Below, one piece after another: positions 1 through 12,003 of a stretch of 64,000 bases of DNA. Under the pieces are notes generated by a model. That model was not told the origin of the DNA and ran no database searches. It worked only from the letters and a program-made list of their open reading frames with translations. Origin of the DNA: Octopus sinensis. Its lineage: Eukaryota. A program made the translations under genes and the position numbers. Positions within the stretch are counted from its first letter, which is position 1. Each line of letters begins with the position of its first letter. The stretch spans positions 11,470,001-11,534,000 of the forward strand of contig NC_043006.1 of assembly GCF_006345805.1 (NCBI RefSeq), written 5' to 3'.

Positions 1-1011
1 TTTCTCGAATTTTGTCTTAATTGGTGGTAAAATTGAAAGAAATTTTTTATGGCATCACCCACTGAAGTACTCTGAAAAATCTTAGGTAAATTCTAATTGA
101 AGAATTTGTGTGAGGAGTAAATGGTTATGTATTTATTTGTTTCTGTTTGCTGTGTTTTTTTATTTTTTGAGTAGTGGTTTAAATACTTTCAGTTTAGTCT
201 TCCTCAAATCACTCTGTCGCTATTTACTTTCATTTTATTCGTTGCCCACTGTGTGTGTGCGTTTGCGTGTGGTGTAAACCAGACTAAGAAAAGCATTTGA
301 CACACACACCAGAATGTGAGTTTTCTGTAAATTTTGCTTAATTGGAGTTTAAATTTTAAAAACTGGACCTGGCATGACGCGATGCATTGTACTCTTAAAA
401 ATGCTAGGTAAATTGTAATTGAAGAAATCCTATATTGTAGATTTGTATAACTCCCAAAGGGAGGCAGATAAAATCTGCCTTTTATAATAAGAGATATATA
501 TATATATATATATATCATGCTCTTTCTCTTTTTATCTCTCTCGTTGCTCGCACGTGACCATCGTCCATCTTTCTTTTTCTTCACAGACGTTCAAAAGATT
601 GGACGTTTTCTTTCTCTCGCTTCTATCGTTTCTCTTTTCAAAGAAAATATTTCTCCCGGCATTCACTATTTTCCTCTCGTTCTGGTCTACGCCCCTCCAT
701 GTTTTTTTCGTTCGGTTTCCTTGTACGTCTCCACTTTTCTGGGGGTTTTTTCTCAAATTTGACCCTCCGTAAATCCTAAACTTTATTTTGGAATTTATGG
801 GAGCAACTGTCATTGAAGATTCATAATGTCGTTGAATGCTCGAAATGAGGAGTAGACAGACAGCCGACAACTGATGAAGGGTCGTTCTCTATGTTTACTT
901 GTCCTGTTTTCCATTTTTTTCCCTCATTGTTTGCGTATTTAACTTATTTTTTTTTTGTATTTCATATTGGTTACACAGCTGGCGACATAATGTACCCATA
1001 TATTACATACA

Positions 1012-1060
<49 letters not shown>

Positions 1061-1221
1061 CTACATAGTATAAAATCGTACAATATTTTTAAAGATTAAG
1101 AATATTCACTTTGGAAATCCTGCTTCTGGGTAAGCATGTTCCTAAGGTATTTCACGTATCGCAAAAATATTGTAAAAAACTTTTCTTCGAAAACTACTGC
1201 ATTGCTAATAGCAAAATATCA

Positions 1222-1263
<42 letters not shown>

Positions 1264-1264
<1 letters not shown>

Positions 1265-1813
1265 GCAGTACCAGGCAGTGGCTCTCATGGCTTCTGATCT
1301 TATCTGATTGGAAGTGTTATCATGTACATTGTTTTGTCTTGGTATAAAAGATGGGCTACAAATATTCTGCTCAATACCACAGATTTGCTTGTCAATTGTT
1401 TGACCATAACCAGTTGAGCATGTCCCTTAGTGGTTGACGATATGTACATCTCTGATCACAAGAAGAAGTAGTGGGGAAGCATCATAGCCATGTGTTGAGA
1501 GGAATATTTCGCAGTTTAAATAATCCACCTCTGGAAGCATGGCAGTTTCGTTCAACATTCCAAAACAGCCCTTATTCAGGAACCTTTTGAGCAGGATGAG
1601 CTACTCGACCTTAAGAAAATTTTAACTGGGCCCCACCTGCAAGGTCATGCACTGTTTATCTTGATATGAGATCATCTTGTCGCGCACATATAGTTATGAT
1701 GCATGTGCCTACTGTACCCTTATCAGACGGGTAGTCATGATGGGTATATTGGGCTTCGTATATTTTATCCCAGTGTCAGTTTGATGGCATGCACTGCTCT
1801 CTCTCTCTCTCCC
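1264..1813 (+). mobile_element. Non-coding interspersed repeat inserted in (TAA)n with a (TAA)n tail; probable 3' part or non-autonomous partner of an R4/Dong-like element
   Basis: Flanked by (AAT)n on both sides. Its last ~100 bp (tgtacccttatcagacgggtagtcatgatgggtata...ggcatg.actgctctctc) recur at 47380-47480, again ending in (AAT)n. Confidence 0.65.
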
Positions 1814-1864
<51 letters not shown>

Positions 1865-1865
<1 letters not shown>

Positions 1866-2268
1866 TAGTTGTCAGAGATCAAGAAGAAATAAAATGCTTT
1901 CTAATTGATGTATCAATACCGGCAGATGACAACGTGTCTCTAAAAGAAATGGAGAAACTTTCAAAATACAAAGACCTGGAAATAGAGGTAACCAGAATGT
2001 GGAATCTAAAAACAGAAACAATTCCTATCATAGTAGGTGCATTAGGCATGATAAAAAAATATTCAGACAAATACATAACAAAAACACCAGGACTTACAAA
2101 CACATATAACATACAGAAAATTGCACTACTAGGCACTGCATACATCCTACGCAGAACACTTTCCATACAATAACCATCAGAGTATCACAACAAATCACAG
2201 CACATACCCAAGGCACACAGAGCTGCGCTCGGTAGTGAAGTGAAAACGCTATAAAAATAAAACTACTG
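1865..2268 (+). mobile_element. 5'-truncated R4/Dong-clade non-LTR retrotransposon (restriction-like endonuclease C-terminus plus 3'UTR)
   Basis: KCFLIDVSIPADDNVSLKEMEKLSKYKDLEIEVTRMW...PIIVGALG...QKIALLGTAYILRRTL, stop at 2173; (TAA)n on both sides. Confidence 0.9.
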
Positions 2269-2289
2269 AATAATAATAATAATCATCAT

Positions 2290-2470
2290 TTGAGAAGCTC
2301 AGAAAGTATATAAACACTTGCGAATTGAAATCGAAAAAATGTAGCATCTCAAGATGGTTACAATACCAGTAAGAGCCCTAGAAATTATCAAAAAAGGAAG
2401 TGAAAATTATTTGAGAATGATCCCTGTTTCACAATCTTTGTGCAAACAATTAGTGCGTGTTACTCGAAAC
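2290..2470 (+). mobile_element. Older decayed R4/Dong-like endonuclease fragment
   Basis: Translates as KYKHLRIEIEKM*HLKMVTIPVRALEIIKKG, homologous to the adjacent copy. Confidence 0.6.
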
Positions 2471-2773
2471 TACAAGTTATAGTTGATGTTTTTTGTCAAG
2501 TACGACATAAACATGTTGCTTGAGAAGAGTTAAAGAAGCGGGAGCGATACGAACACACTGAGACATGCGACATAGATTCCTCTACTCGGCTGGTGGTTCT
2601 TTCGCTAGACTGAATTTGGTAACCTTTTTTATAGCTGTTAACAATCTTTCTAGAATTTTCGGCCAAGCCATTCAGCAGAAAAACCCGCACACTTTCTTTG
2701 AAGTTTACCGCCTCCACCATTAAATGTCAGCCAGTGCTGATTGGTCGAGTCGTATTAGTATAAACCCTAATAC

Positions 2774-2860
2774 CTTTTAAGACAACGTATTTCCTTTTAT
2801 GGAATGTATTAACACGTGCTTCTAGTTTGGGAAAATCTAAGAGCAATGGTTCAGTTTCAG
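2774..2860 (-). CDS. Candidate further exon: (A)ETEPLLLDFPKLEARVNTFHKRKYVVLK
   Basis: 87 nt, phase 1-1, open, contains KR; donor AAAG|GTATTA. The acceptor gaaaccccag| is weak and a competing AG lies 11 nt upstream. Confidence 0.3.
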
Positions 2861-2971
2861 CTGGGGTTTCACTACAGGTTAAATGGACACTGGATTACAT
2901 AAATAATAATGGGCCTCAGTCAGTCTCGACGATGAGTCTTACACTATTTGATGAATTACTTTTTCATTTAA

Positions 2972-3369
2972 TTAGCAGTATAGCCCAGCGTTGCTCGGGC
3001 TAGTTTTCTTTTCGACCCTTTAGAATTGGAAATTTTGAAAAGTAAAACTTTTGCATTATGTAGCTTGTTATTCTCTTTAAGTGAACATTTTTCTGGTTGA
3101 AATACACTGAAAAATGGCGACACAGCAGTAAAAAAATCGTTAAAAAATAGGGATTTTCATAGAAAAAAAGCACCTTTTTGATGTAAATAATTTTTGGTGT
3201 TAACATGGTCCAATTTGAATTTTTCTTCTACGAAAGGAAGAGCAAGCCTTCTTCTATCATACTCTCAATTTTGGTCAACTTGCGCCGCAGGGTCTCGGAG
3301 GAGATAGTGTTAGTTGAAGGCTACCAAACCTGCCATACACAGACAACTTCAGCTTTATATAGAGAGAGA
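2972..3369 (-). mobile_element. Non-autonomous Helitron
   Basis: 5' TCTCTCTCTATATAAAG; 3' hairpin CCCGAGCAACGCTGGG then CTAA; sits between A and T. Confidence 0.7.
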
Positions 3370-3946
3370 TTAGCACAAAAGACGTTGACTATTCCTCAGA
3401 TACTTACACCTTTAGCGTAATTTCTCAGGCTGAACGATGTCGACGTGTCTCCGTCAGCTCTCTCGAGCTGCTACCTCGTGGCGCCTCTCCGCTATGCTTG
3501 AACGGGGGCAGGATTGACTCACTTCACTTGACTACTGCCGATATAGCTCCTAGGTTGCCGATTCGCCCAGAGGAAGGAAATGTTTATATTGCAAATCAAG
3601 GAATAAATATTTATAATGTTGAATTTAATCGGAAAAATCTTGACAATTTCTTCAGTTAATATTTAATGTAAAGGATGCGAGCTGCACCCATCCAGTGCTG
3701 GAATCTCACATCCTGTTACGCAGTTGAATTACTAATACAGTTCATCCACACAGTTTTCCCCTATCTAGCTTCACTCTTAAGGCTTAAGTCACCACTGAGG
3801 GTATTGTAAGTCTAAAATAGGTCGCAGTATAGAGTTAATGTGTTCACTGAACACACAGATATTCTATGCATTTAATCTAACTTTTCCGAAAGCAACACAA
3901 ACATAGACAAATATATTGAGTTAAGAGTGATAACAATGACACTTAC

Positions 3947-3991
3947 CAGGATAGTCTTCTGTTAAAGGGAAAGACTTCTTGCTCCACCAAG
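3947..3991 (-). CDS. Coding exon of the putative prepropeptide: (S)WWSKKSFPLTEDYP
   Basis: Acceptor ccatgttttaatttcag|C and donor CCTG|GTAAGT; 45 nt, phase 1-1, open in frame with the previous exons. Confidence 0.7.
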
Positions 3992-4142
3992 CTGAAATTA
4001 AAACATGGTAGAAATATTCTCTTAGTAATGTAGGTAAGTTAATGTATGCGTATATTTATGTATTAAAGTATTCTTAAAGCGATAGAGGTGAACTTATATG
4101 GTTCCAACTGGAACCGAAAATTAGACGCACGTATCATCAACA

Positions 4143-4152
4143 CCATGATCAT

Positions 4153-4232
<80 letters not shown>

Positions 4233-4470
4233 CCGTCGTTTAACGTCCGCTTTCCATGCTGGCGCGGGTTAGACGGTTTGACTGAGGGCTGGCAAGCCAG
4301 AAGGCTGCACCAGGCTCCAATCCGATCTGGCAATGTTTCTACAACTGGATGCCCTTCCTAATGCCAACCACTCCGAGAGTGTAGTGGGTGTTTTTCACGA
4401 GCCACCAGCACGAGCGCCAGTCAGGTGGTACTAGCATCGACCACGCTTGAATGGTGCTTTTTGCGTGCCA
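4143..4470 (-). mobile_element. Repeat with RTE-like 3' tail and (GAT)n terminal microsatellite
   Basis: Minus strand GGTTGGCATTAGGAAGGGCATCCAG motif followed by (GAT)n at 4230-4143. Confidence 0.55.
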
Positions 4471-4477
4471 CAAATAG

Positions 4478-4662
4478 ATATTTCGTCTGCCGCTACGAAC
4501 TGAGTTCAAATTCCGCCGAGGTTAACTTTGCCTTTCATCCGTTCGGGGTCGATTAAATAAGTACCAGCTACGCACTGGGGTCGATATAATCCACTTGATC
4601 CGTTTATCTGTCCTTGTTTGTGCCCTCTGTGTGTAGCCCCTTGTGGGCAGTAAAGAAATAAG
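4478..4662 (+). mobile_element. Headless single unit of SINE family A
   Basis: ATTTCGTCTGCCG...GAGTTCAAATTCCGCCGAGG...AGTAAAGAAATA, same unit as the arrays at 28264 and 63508. Confidence 0.85.
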
Positions 4663-5053
4663 AAAACAGAATTTCACGGAATTACGCTGTTCATTCGTTT
4701 CAGCCAAAGCAAAAATCGATGAAAAAGGGAGAAGCGCTGCGAAACAAAGATGTACCAGGTGGCAGTACGACACCAGTGAGAAGACTGATGCCTGAGGGTT
4801 ACATCAAGTGGCTTCTAGCGGCGGGAGACTGAACCACGACAGGCTAGTCCCACAGAGAACATTTTCGGTTACTTTTGAGTACTCTTTGAATAATTGTAGT
4901 TGTCTTTGATTGTATAGAAGCTGCATGGATGGCAGAAAACATAAAAAAGCAAAACTTTGCGTACTAGTGCGTGGAGAGCAAGTCTACTCGAATATGCATA
5001 CATAAATAATAGACAGTCACGCACACATATATTTAAATACATACATACATATA

Positions 5054-5121
<68 letters not shown>

Positions 5122-5431
5122 TATAGATAGATATAGATATATATATAGATATATATATGTATGCATATATATATATATTATATAATAATATTATATATAT
5201 ATGTATATATATATATATGTATGTATGTATGTATATCTATATATGTATGTATATATATATATACTATATATATATCTAATATATATATATATATATATAT
5301 ATACGTATGTATGTTATATATTATTATATATTATATATAATATACATATATACAGCATATATATATGTGTGTGTGTATATACACGTATGTATGTATGTAT
5401 GCTTGTATGTATGTATATTTGTATATATGTA

Positions 5432-5741
5432 TGTAGTGGTTAGGGGCATTCGGCTCATGATCGTGAGGTTGTGAGTTCAATTCCCGGCGACGCGTTGTGT
5501 CCTTGAGCAAGACACTTTATTTCAGGTCGCTCCAGTCCACTCGGCTGGCAAAAATGAGTAGTACCAGTATTTGAAAGGGCCAGCTTTGTCATACACTGTG
5601 TCGCGCTGAATCTCCCCGAGAACTACGTTAAGGGCACACGTGTCTGTGGAGTACTCAACCACTTGCACGTTAATTTCACGAGCAAGCTGTTCCATTGATA
5701 GTATCAGCTGGGACCATCGTCGTCGCAGCCGACGGAGTGCT
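5432..5741 (+). mobile_element. tRNA-derived SINE family C
   Basis: A-box TAGTGGTTAG, B-box GAGTTCAATTCC, then GTTGTGTCCTTGAGCAAGACACTT; second copy at 42032-42348. Confidence 0.8.
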
Positions 5742-5801
5742 CCTTATTTTATGGCACAACAACAGTAATGTGAATCGTGTATTAGCAATACGAGTGCTTG
5801 C

Positions 5802-6067
5802 GGAGGCACATGACCTAGTGGTTAGAGCAGCGGACTCGCGGTCGAGGGATCACGGGTTCGAATCTCAGACCGGACGGTGTGTGTGTGTGTGTTTATGAGC
5901 GAAAACACCTAAGCTCCACGCAGCTCCGGCAGAAGGTAATGGCGAACCTCTGCTGACTCTTTCGCCACAACTTCCTCTCACTCTTTCCTCCTGCATCTTG
6001 CAGCTCACCTGCGACGGACCGGCGTCCTGTCCAGGTGGGGAACCTACATGCCAAAGAAACCGGGAAA
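5802..6067 (+). mobile_element. tRNA(Arg)-like-headed SINE family D
   Basis: A-box TAGTGGTTAG, anticodon-like arm gcggacTCGcggtcg, B-box GGTTCGAATCTC, followed by a non-tRNA body. Confidence 0.65.
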
Positions 6068-6580
6068 AAAGGAACAAACAAACAAAAATTCCAGTGTTTT
6101 ATGCATGTTCATTCACGTTTAAGATAAGCAACGTTTCCCTTAATCAACCAGTTGTTTTGCCTGCAAAGAACTGGCTGAATACAATAGTGATCGATGCGTT
6201 TTCAAGTGATCACATGATCGTGTCAATCGTTCTCTATCGTGCCTCAGCAGCCATTTTTGTTTGACATGAATTCATGAGAAAGTATCTGTGTATGTGTCGG
6301 CAGATAGAAATTAATACGTTTCTTGTTTATGATTGGAGTATGGCAACGAATGATTTGAATTTCTCTCTAACAGCGACCCATTTCCTTAAATGGTGATGCT
6401 TTATCCAAATATTGGTAATGTTAAGTAGTTGGCCTCACCTTTATGTCTTAATTTCCAAACATACTTTGAAAGTATTCTGAAGAATACGTAAAATTATAAG
6501 AATGTTTGCAGTACACACACACAAACACACACACACACACACATACACACACACACACACGCGCGTATATAAAGACTTAC

Positions 6581-6649
6581 AGTTCCGTTTGTTTATCATC
6601 TGTCCTAATATGTCTTCGGCATCGTCCTCTGCCTTCACGGTGTATATTG
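6581..6649 (-). CDS. Coding exon of the putative prepropeptide: (A)IYTVKAEDDAEDILGQMINKRN
   Basis: Acceptor ttttttctttcccag|C and donor AACT|GTAAGT; 69 nt, phase 1-1, open frame; acidic spacer followed by KR. Confidence 0.75.
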
Positions 6650-6831
6650 CTGGGAAAGAAAAAAGCAAAACAAAACAAATATGGTAATTATTGATCGACT
6701 AAATAAACATTTTGTCTGTGTGTATAAGATATATATATATACACACATATATATTAATCTATATACGTGCATATTTATCTCCATCATATAACAAGTATGT
6801 TAATATATGTATGTAAGAATATTTATATATG

Positions 6832-6968
<137 letters not shown>

Positions 6969-7075
6969 ATATATATAAGTCCGTTTATTATCTAAATCTG
7001 ATTTTTATAGAATTATCCCTGATGTTTCAGGAGTGTAGCCTCACCCCCTTAGATGTTTGGAGAACTCAGATGTTT

Positions 7076-7165
7076 TTTCGGCTGATGAGTACGGGTCACT
7101 TGTATTTGCTGCAATATTTGCAGCCTTAATAAAGCTGATCTTCGTACGAAACAATTGTACCGAAA
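7076..7165 (+). ncRNA. Type I hammerhead ribozyme motif in a ~220-bp element flanked by (TA)n
   Basis: Stem I TTTCGG/CCGAAA; CTGATGA core; stem II GTACG/CGTAC extended by a GCTGCAA/TTGCAGC hairpin; GAAA; palindromic stem III ACAATTGT; GUA cleavage site at 7159. Confidence 0.85.
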
Positions 7166-7243
7166 TATTGATCGATTTTTGTTGCTTTTTTCTTGTTTGT
7201 ATATATATATATATATATATAGATATATATATATATATATATA

Positions 7244-7280
<37 letters not shown>

Positions 7281-7300
7281 GTATGCATGGATACTCACAT

Positions 7301-7338
<38 letters not shown>

Positions 7339-7501
7339 CTTTTAAATGTTTCTGATACTCCAACTGTATAACGAGCTGTGATTGAATAGGGTTCCTGATA
7401 CAATGTAAGGGCGCTGTTGTCGAATACGCCGTGCTTCGATTATTTTTTTTTAAATATGTAATTCCCGAACACAGCTGGTTTTTTCCGGAGATAATGATAA
7501 A

Positions 7502-7545
<44 letters not shown>

Positions 7546-7722
7546 TAACAAGGAAAAGAAAGGAAGAATCGCCCTAAGTTATACTCATTTATCCACCCAG
7601 AGGTGACGAAAGGCAAAATTGAACTCGGGTCACAAAGAGCTGGAATGATTACTGCAGCATACTGTAATTGACGTTTTAACAATTTTGCTAATTTGTCGCC
7701 TGCTCTTTGTAACGGATAATAA

Positions 7723-8302
7723 TCCTTTCTACTCTAGGCACAAGGCCTGAAATTTTGGGGAGGCGGCCAGTCGATTAGATCGACCCCAGTACGCAACTGG
7801 TACTTATTTAATCGACCCCGAAAGGATGAAAGGCAAAGTCCACCTCAGCGGAATTTCAACTCAGAACGTAACGGCAGACGAAATACCTATTTCTTTACTA
7901 CCCACAAGAGGCTAAACACAGACAGGACAAACAAGGACAGACAAAGGTATTAAGTCGATTACATCGACCCCAGTGCGTAACTGGTACTTATTTAATCGAC
8001 CCCGAAAGGATGAAAGGCAAAGTCCACCTCAGCGGAATTTGAACTCAGAACGTAACGGCAGACGAAATACCTATTTCTTTACTACCCAAAAGAGGCTAAA
8101 CACAGAGAGGACAAAGAAGGACAGACAAACGGATTAAGTCGATTAGATCGACCCCAGTGCGTAACTGGTACTTATTTAATCGACCCCGAAAGGATGAAAG
8201 GCAAAGTCGACCTCGGCGGAATTTGAACTCAGAACGTAACGGCAGACGAAATACCGCTAAGCATTTCGCCCCGCATGTTAACGTTTCTGCCAGCTCGCCG
8301 CC
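7723..8302 (-). mobile_element. SINE family A multimer (head, about 3 units, 3' tail)
   Basis: One tRNA-like head GGCGGCGAGCTGGCAGAAACGTT, repeated ~180-190 bp units, tail ...GTGCCTAGAGTAGAAAGGATTATT. Confidence 0.85.
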
Positions 8303-8398
8303 TTTTAGTATCTGTCATGTATTTGGGTATCCTTTTAATCAACAATCTGTCAATCACCCGTATCTTTGATTATTTGAAATCAATCACCATTTGTCAGT

Positions 8399-8438
<40 letters not shown>

Positions 8439-9139
8439 ATATATTATATATATATATATATATATAATAAACAGTCGGCGAAAAATATTTAAGCATTGAC
8501 TTCAACGAGAAACTTTACCTTGTCTCCAAATCGAAATAATACTATCTACCGTTATGTTTTTATTATTTTAAATGAAAACCATGACTTGTCGGCTACCAAT
8601 ATTAGCAATTGGAACTAGAAACATACTACATTAATCAATGAGAAACTTTGCTATGTTCTTTTATAAAATTCGGCTTACCCGATCATGTTTAATGCTTAAC
8701 CGAAGAACTGGACTTTTAGTAATGTAAAAAAAAAATCAATGTAACGGAAAAAATCAACGTTTACGAAAAATTTATTTTAAATGGTTTCTAATTTTGGCAC
8801 AAGGCCAGAAGTTTTGAGATAGGGTGTTAGTCGATACTATCGTATAGTACTTTATTTTATAGACTCCAAAAGGATCAAAGGCAAAGTCGACCTTGGCGGG
8901 ATTTGAGATCGAAACGTCAAGAAAACATAGCGAAGACGTATGCAAAGCAGTTTTTCCGAGCTCCAACAATTCTGTCAGATCGCCGCCCCAAATCAATTAA
9001 CTTTACTTTTCCTCCTTTCGGGGTAGATAAAATAAGTACCAGTTGAGCACTGGGGTCAATGTAAATGACTTGCTCCCTTTCCAGAATTTGCTTGCCTTGT
9101 GTCAAAATTTTGAAACCAATTGATGGATCCCACTTCTTC

Positions 9140-9450
9140 CAGTCTTATTTTCACTCAGTAATAAAGACGATTCTACGTGGTCGCTCGACCTGCTAGAAAT
9201 TGTAGTAAAATAGCACCAAGACTTCTGTCTGAAGTCGTGAAGGCGCATGGCTCGTCACAGGTGCCAAGCTGTATCGGCCCCTTTGCCTTTCCCTTGGATA
9301 ACACTGGTGGCGTGGAGAGGGGAGGCCGGTATGTATGGACGACTGCTGGTCTTCCATAAACAACCTTGCCCGGACTTGTGCCTGGGAGGGTAACTTTCTA
9401 GGTGCAATCCAATGGTTTGTGTCGTGACCGAAGGGGAGGCTCAGACTGTC
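9140..9450 (-). repeat. Interspersed repeat family F (possibly RTE-related)
   Basis: Homologous in opposite orientation to 42670-42850 (cttcggtca...gattgcacctag...aaggttgtttatggaag). Confidence 0.55.
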
Positions 9451-9680
9451 TGAAGTAAAGAAATGACATTAAAAATATAATTCTACGAACTCTTTAATAA
9501 AAGAGTCATAGCTGAAATATCTTTCATCGTAGATATTCCCTAAAAAGGTTGACCTAGGGCGAAACAGCAAGCGCAACAACTAATTTAAATGGTCCAACGT
9601 AATCTGTTATCTTATATTTTCAACTTTGCTAATCTCAATCCACTCAGGTCTAAGATCAAGCTGGAGAACAACTCCAAAGA

Positions 9681-9880
9681 TTACGAATAAAATCACCACT
9701 CTCCAGAAACTACAATGATAAACCTTTCACAAGATAAGTAGACAAAGTTACGAATAACATCCTCACTCTAAGCAAACCACGATGATAAATCATAACAAGG
9801 TAAATAGAGAAGGTTACGATTAGCGTCCCCATTTTCTGGTATTACGATGTAAAATGTTTAACAAGTTAAATAAATAAAAT
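9681..9880. repeat. Diverged ~66-bp tandem repeat, 3 copies
   Basis: Units start TTACGA at 9681, 9748 and 9814. Confidence 0.6.
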
Positions 9881-9883
9881 TAC

Positions 9884-9950
9884 CTGATAAAATTGGCAGC
9901 AGAATGAAGAAAAGCTCGAGAAATATGATTCGGTTGTAAATTTGGGGCAT
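9884..9950 (-). CDS. First coding exon of a putative secreted prepropeptide (signal peptide MPQIYNRIIFLELFFILLPILS); whole exon 9884-9961 including 11 nt of 5'UTR
   Basis: Minus strand: acceptor attacatttcag|A at 9961, ATG at 9950-9948, donor TCAG|GTAATT at 9884. Encodes a hydrophobic core and ends in phase 1, matching the next exon. Confidence 0.7.
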
Positions 9951-10113
9951 CGTGGATTGTTCTGAAATGTAATAATATCATAAAATTAGTTTATATGTCG
10001 ATATCTCACTTTATATTTGTAATATGCATTTAAATAACTTGAAAACGAGTATGGATAAATACTGGAGTAGGACTGTTTGTTTCTTATTCAACCCAAATAA
10101 ACTAAAAAGAATA

Positions 10114-10476
10114 TCTCTATATATATAAACGGCAAATGTCTGCGTGTGTGTCCTTTATACAAATCCACAATTTTTCAGTTAGAGGGCTTGCACTTTCTAT
10201 GGTCATTCAAAACCGTCCAAGGGTGGTCGTGCTCATCTTTACATTTCCCCAGTCACCCGGCAAAGCCATTAAAAAATCAATAGAAGTGACTTTTTTGTGA
10301 ATTTTCTATCCAAAACCCAATCAAAATGCCCGAAACTTGATACACCAATTGAATGCCAGCTGGCTGTATGTGATTGGTCGGAGATTTAGACAGTACTCGC
10401 GTGTATGTGCGCACGCACACAGCTGAATATGCATGCATTAGCACTATGCCCCGGCAACACCGGGTCATAGTGCTAG
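10114..10476 (+). mobile_element. Non-autonomous Helitron (second family)
   Basis: A|TCTCTATATATATAAACGGCA... ending hairpin CCCGGCAACACCGGG then CTAG|T. Confidence 0.8.
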
Positions 10477-10490
10477 TAATACATAAATCA

Positions 10491-12003
10491 CTAGCAGTAT
10501 CGCCCGGCGTTGCTCGGGTTTGTAAGGGAAATAACTATATAAGCATTTTTAGAGAGTTATAGCCAAAAAATAGCAAAAAATGCATTAAAAATGGAATAAA
10601 AAATGATGGTAATTTTTTTTTTAAATCGTTGACTCATCGTAGACATTTTTAGAGAGTTACTTCCCTTATATAATAGCGAAAAAATGCATTAAAATGGAAA
10701 AAATGATGGTAAATTTTTTTTTAAATCGTAGACTCATCGTAGACGCGCGCTAATACCCAGAAAGGCTCGATATGAATCACGACTGTAAGATACCCGGTTT
10801 TGGTTAAACTGCACCGCAAAATGTGGGAGTAGTTAGGAATCTAAATCGTAGGAGAGGAGACAGACACAAACCTCACTTTTATATATAAAAATTTGTGCAA
10901 CAACTAAAACATTCGGTTGTGCAAATTGTTTGCACAGGAAACCTGCCCAGTGTGGCGGTTTTTGCCGTTTTTGTGGATCTGTTTCAGCTTTTTTAGCGAT
11001 TTCTGTTTTGGCGACTTCAAGCCATGAAGTCGTTGTTCTAAAAGAACGCTGGTCCTCCTTGACAACGCTTTAACGACGTTGATTTCCCTACCCTGCCTTC
11101 CCCACAGCTTCACGAGGGAGGGAAGAAGGGGAGGAGCTACACAGGTGCAGGTGCGAGCATGAACGCCAACGCCGCCACCGACACACGAAAAAATTGGAAG
11201 AACCCAGACGACAGCTTCAGCCACCACCACCACCACCACCACCATCATCACCACTACCACCATGACCACCACCACCACTACGCCCATGAATATCACCACC
11301 ACCATCACGAAGACGACTACGACCACGACCACCACCACCACCATCATCACCCCCCACCACCACGACGACCACCACCACCACAGCAACAACAACACCACCA
11401 CCACAAACACGAAGACCACCACAAACACGAAGACCACCACGACCACGACCACCATCACCACCGCCACCACCGCTGCCACTACCACCGCCTCCCCCACCAC
11501 CATACTATGCCTCTGCTCTCTCCTTTTGGCTACTAAATCCATTACCATATTTCACAAGTACCATCGCCATAGTTGTGCAACAACTAAAACATTCGGTTGT
11601 GCAAATTATCTGCAAGGGAAACCTGTGTGGCGTGTTTCCCGATTTTGTAGAATTTGCTTTCGGGCTTTCTTAGCCATTTCTGTTTTGGTGTCGTCAAGCC
11701 ATGAAGTCGTTGTTCTAAAAGAACGCTGGTCTCCTTGACAACGCTTTACGACGTTGATTTCCTTACACTCCCTTCCCCACAGCCTTTAAAAAATATGCGT
11801 TAAAATGGAAAAAAATTATGGTAAATTATTTTTAAAATCGTAGACTCATTGTAGACGCGCGCTAATACCCAGACGGGCTCGATATGAATCACGACTATAA
11901 GATACCCGAATTTGGTTAAACTGCACCGCAAAATATGGGAGTAGTTAGGAATCTAAATCGTAGGAGACAGACACTCACACAACTTCACTTTTATATATAT
12001 AGA
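10491..12003 (-). mobile_element. Composite non-autonomous Helitron with two 5' modules, duplicated internal modules and a (CAC)n tract, sharing one 3' end
   Basis: 5' TC end at 12003, a second 5'-type module near 10890, single 3' hairpin CCCGAGCAACGCCGGG...CTAG at 10491. The internal module also occurs inside the 54074 copy. Confidence 0.75.

Noticed and set aside
810-890. Type II hammerhead (CGAAA...GAGTAGA...CTGATGAAGGG; similar at 39340-39420 on the minus strand)
   Set aside because: Stems I and III cannot be formed; more likely decayed tandem type I motifs.
7045-7134. Apparent 90-nt minus-strand exon (FIKAANIAANTSDPYSSAEKTSEFSKHLR)
   Set aside because: It is the antisense of a complete hammerhead element flanked by (TA)n, has a weak acceptor, and its phase conflicts with the signal-peptide frame.
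11159-11738. His-rich and Thr-rich ORFs
   Set aside because: Translations of a (CAC)n tract inside a composite Helitron.
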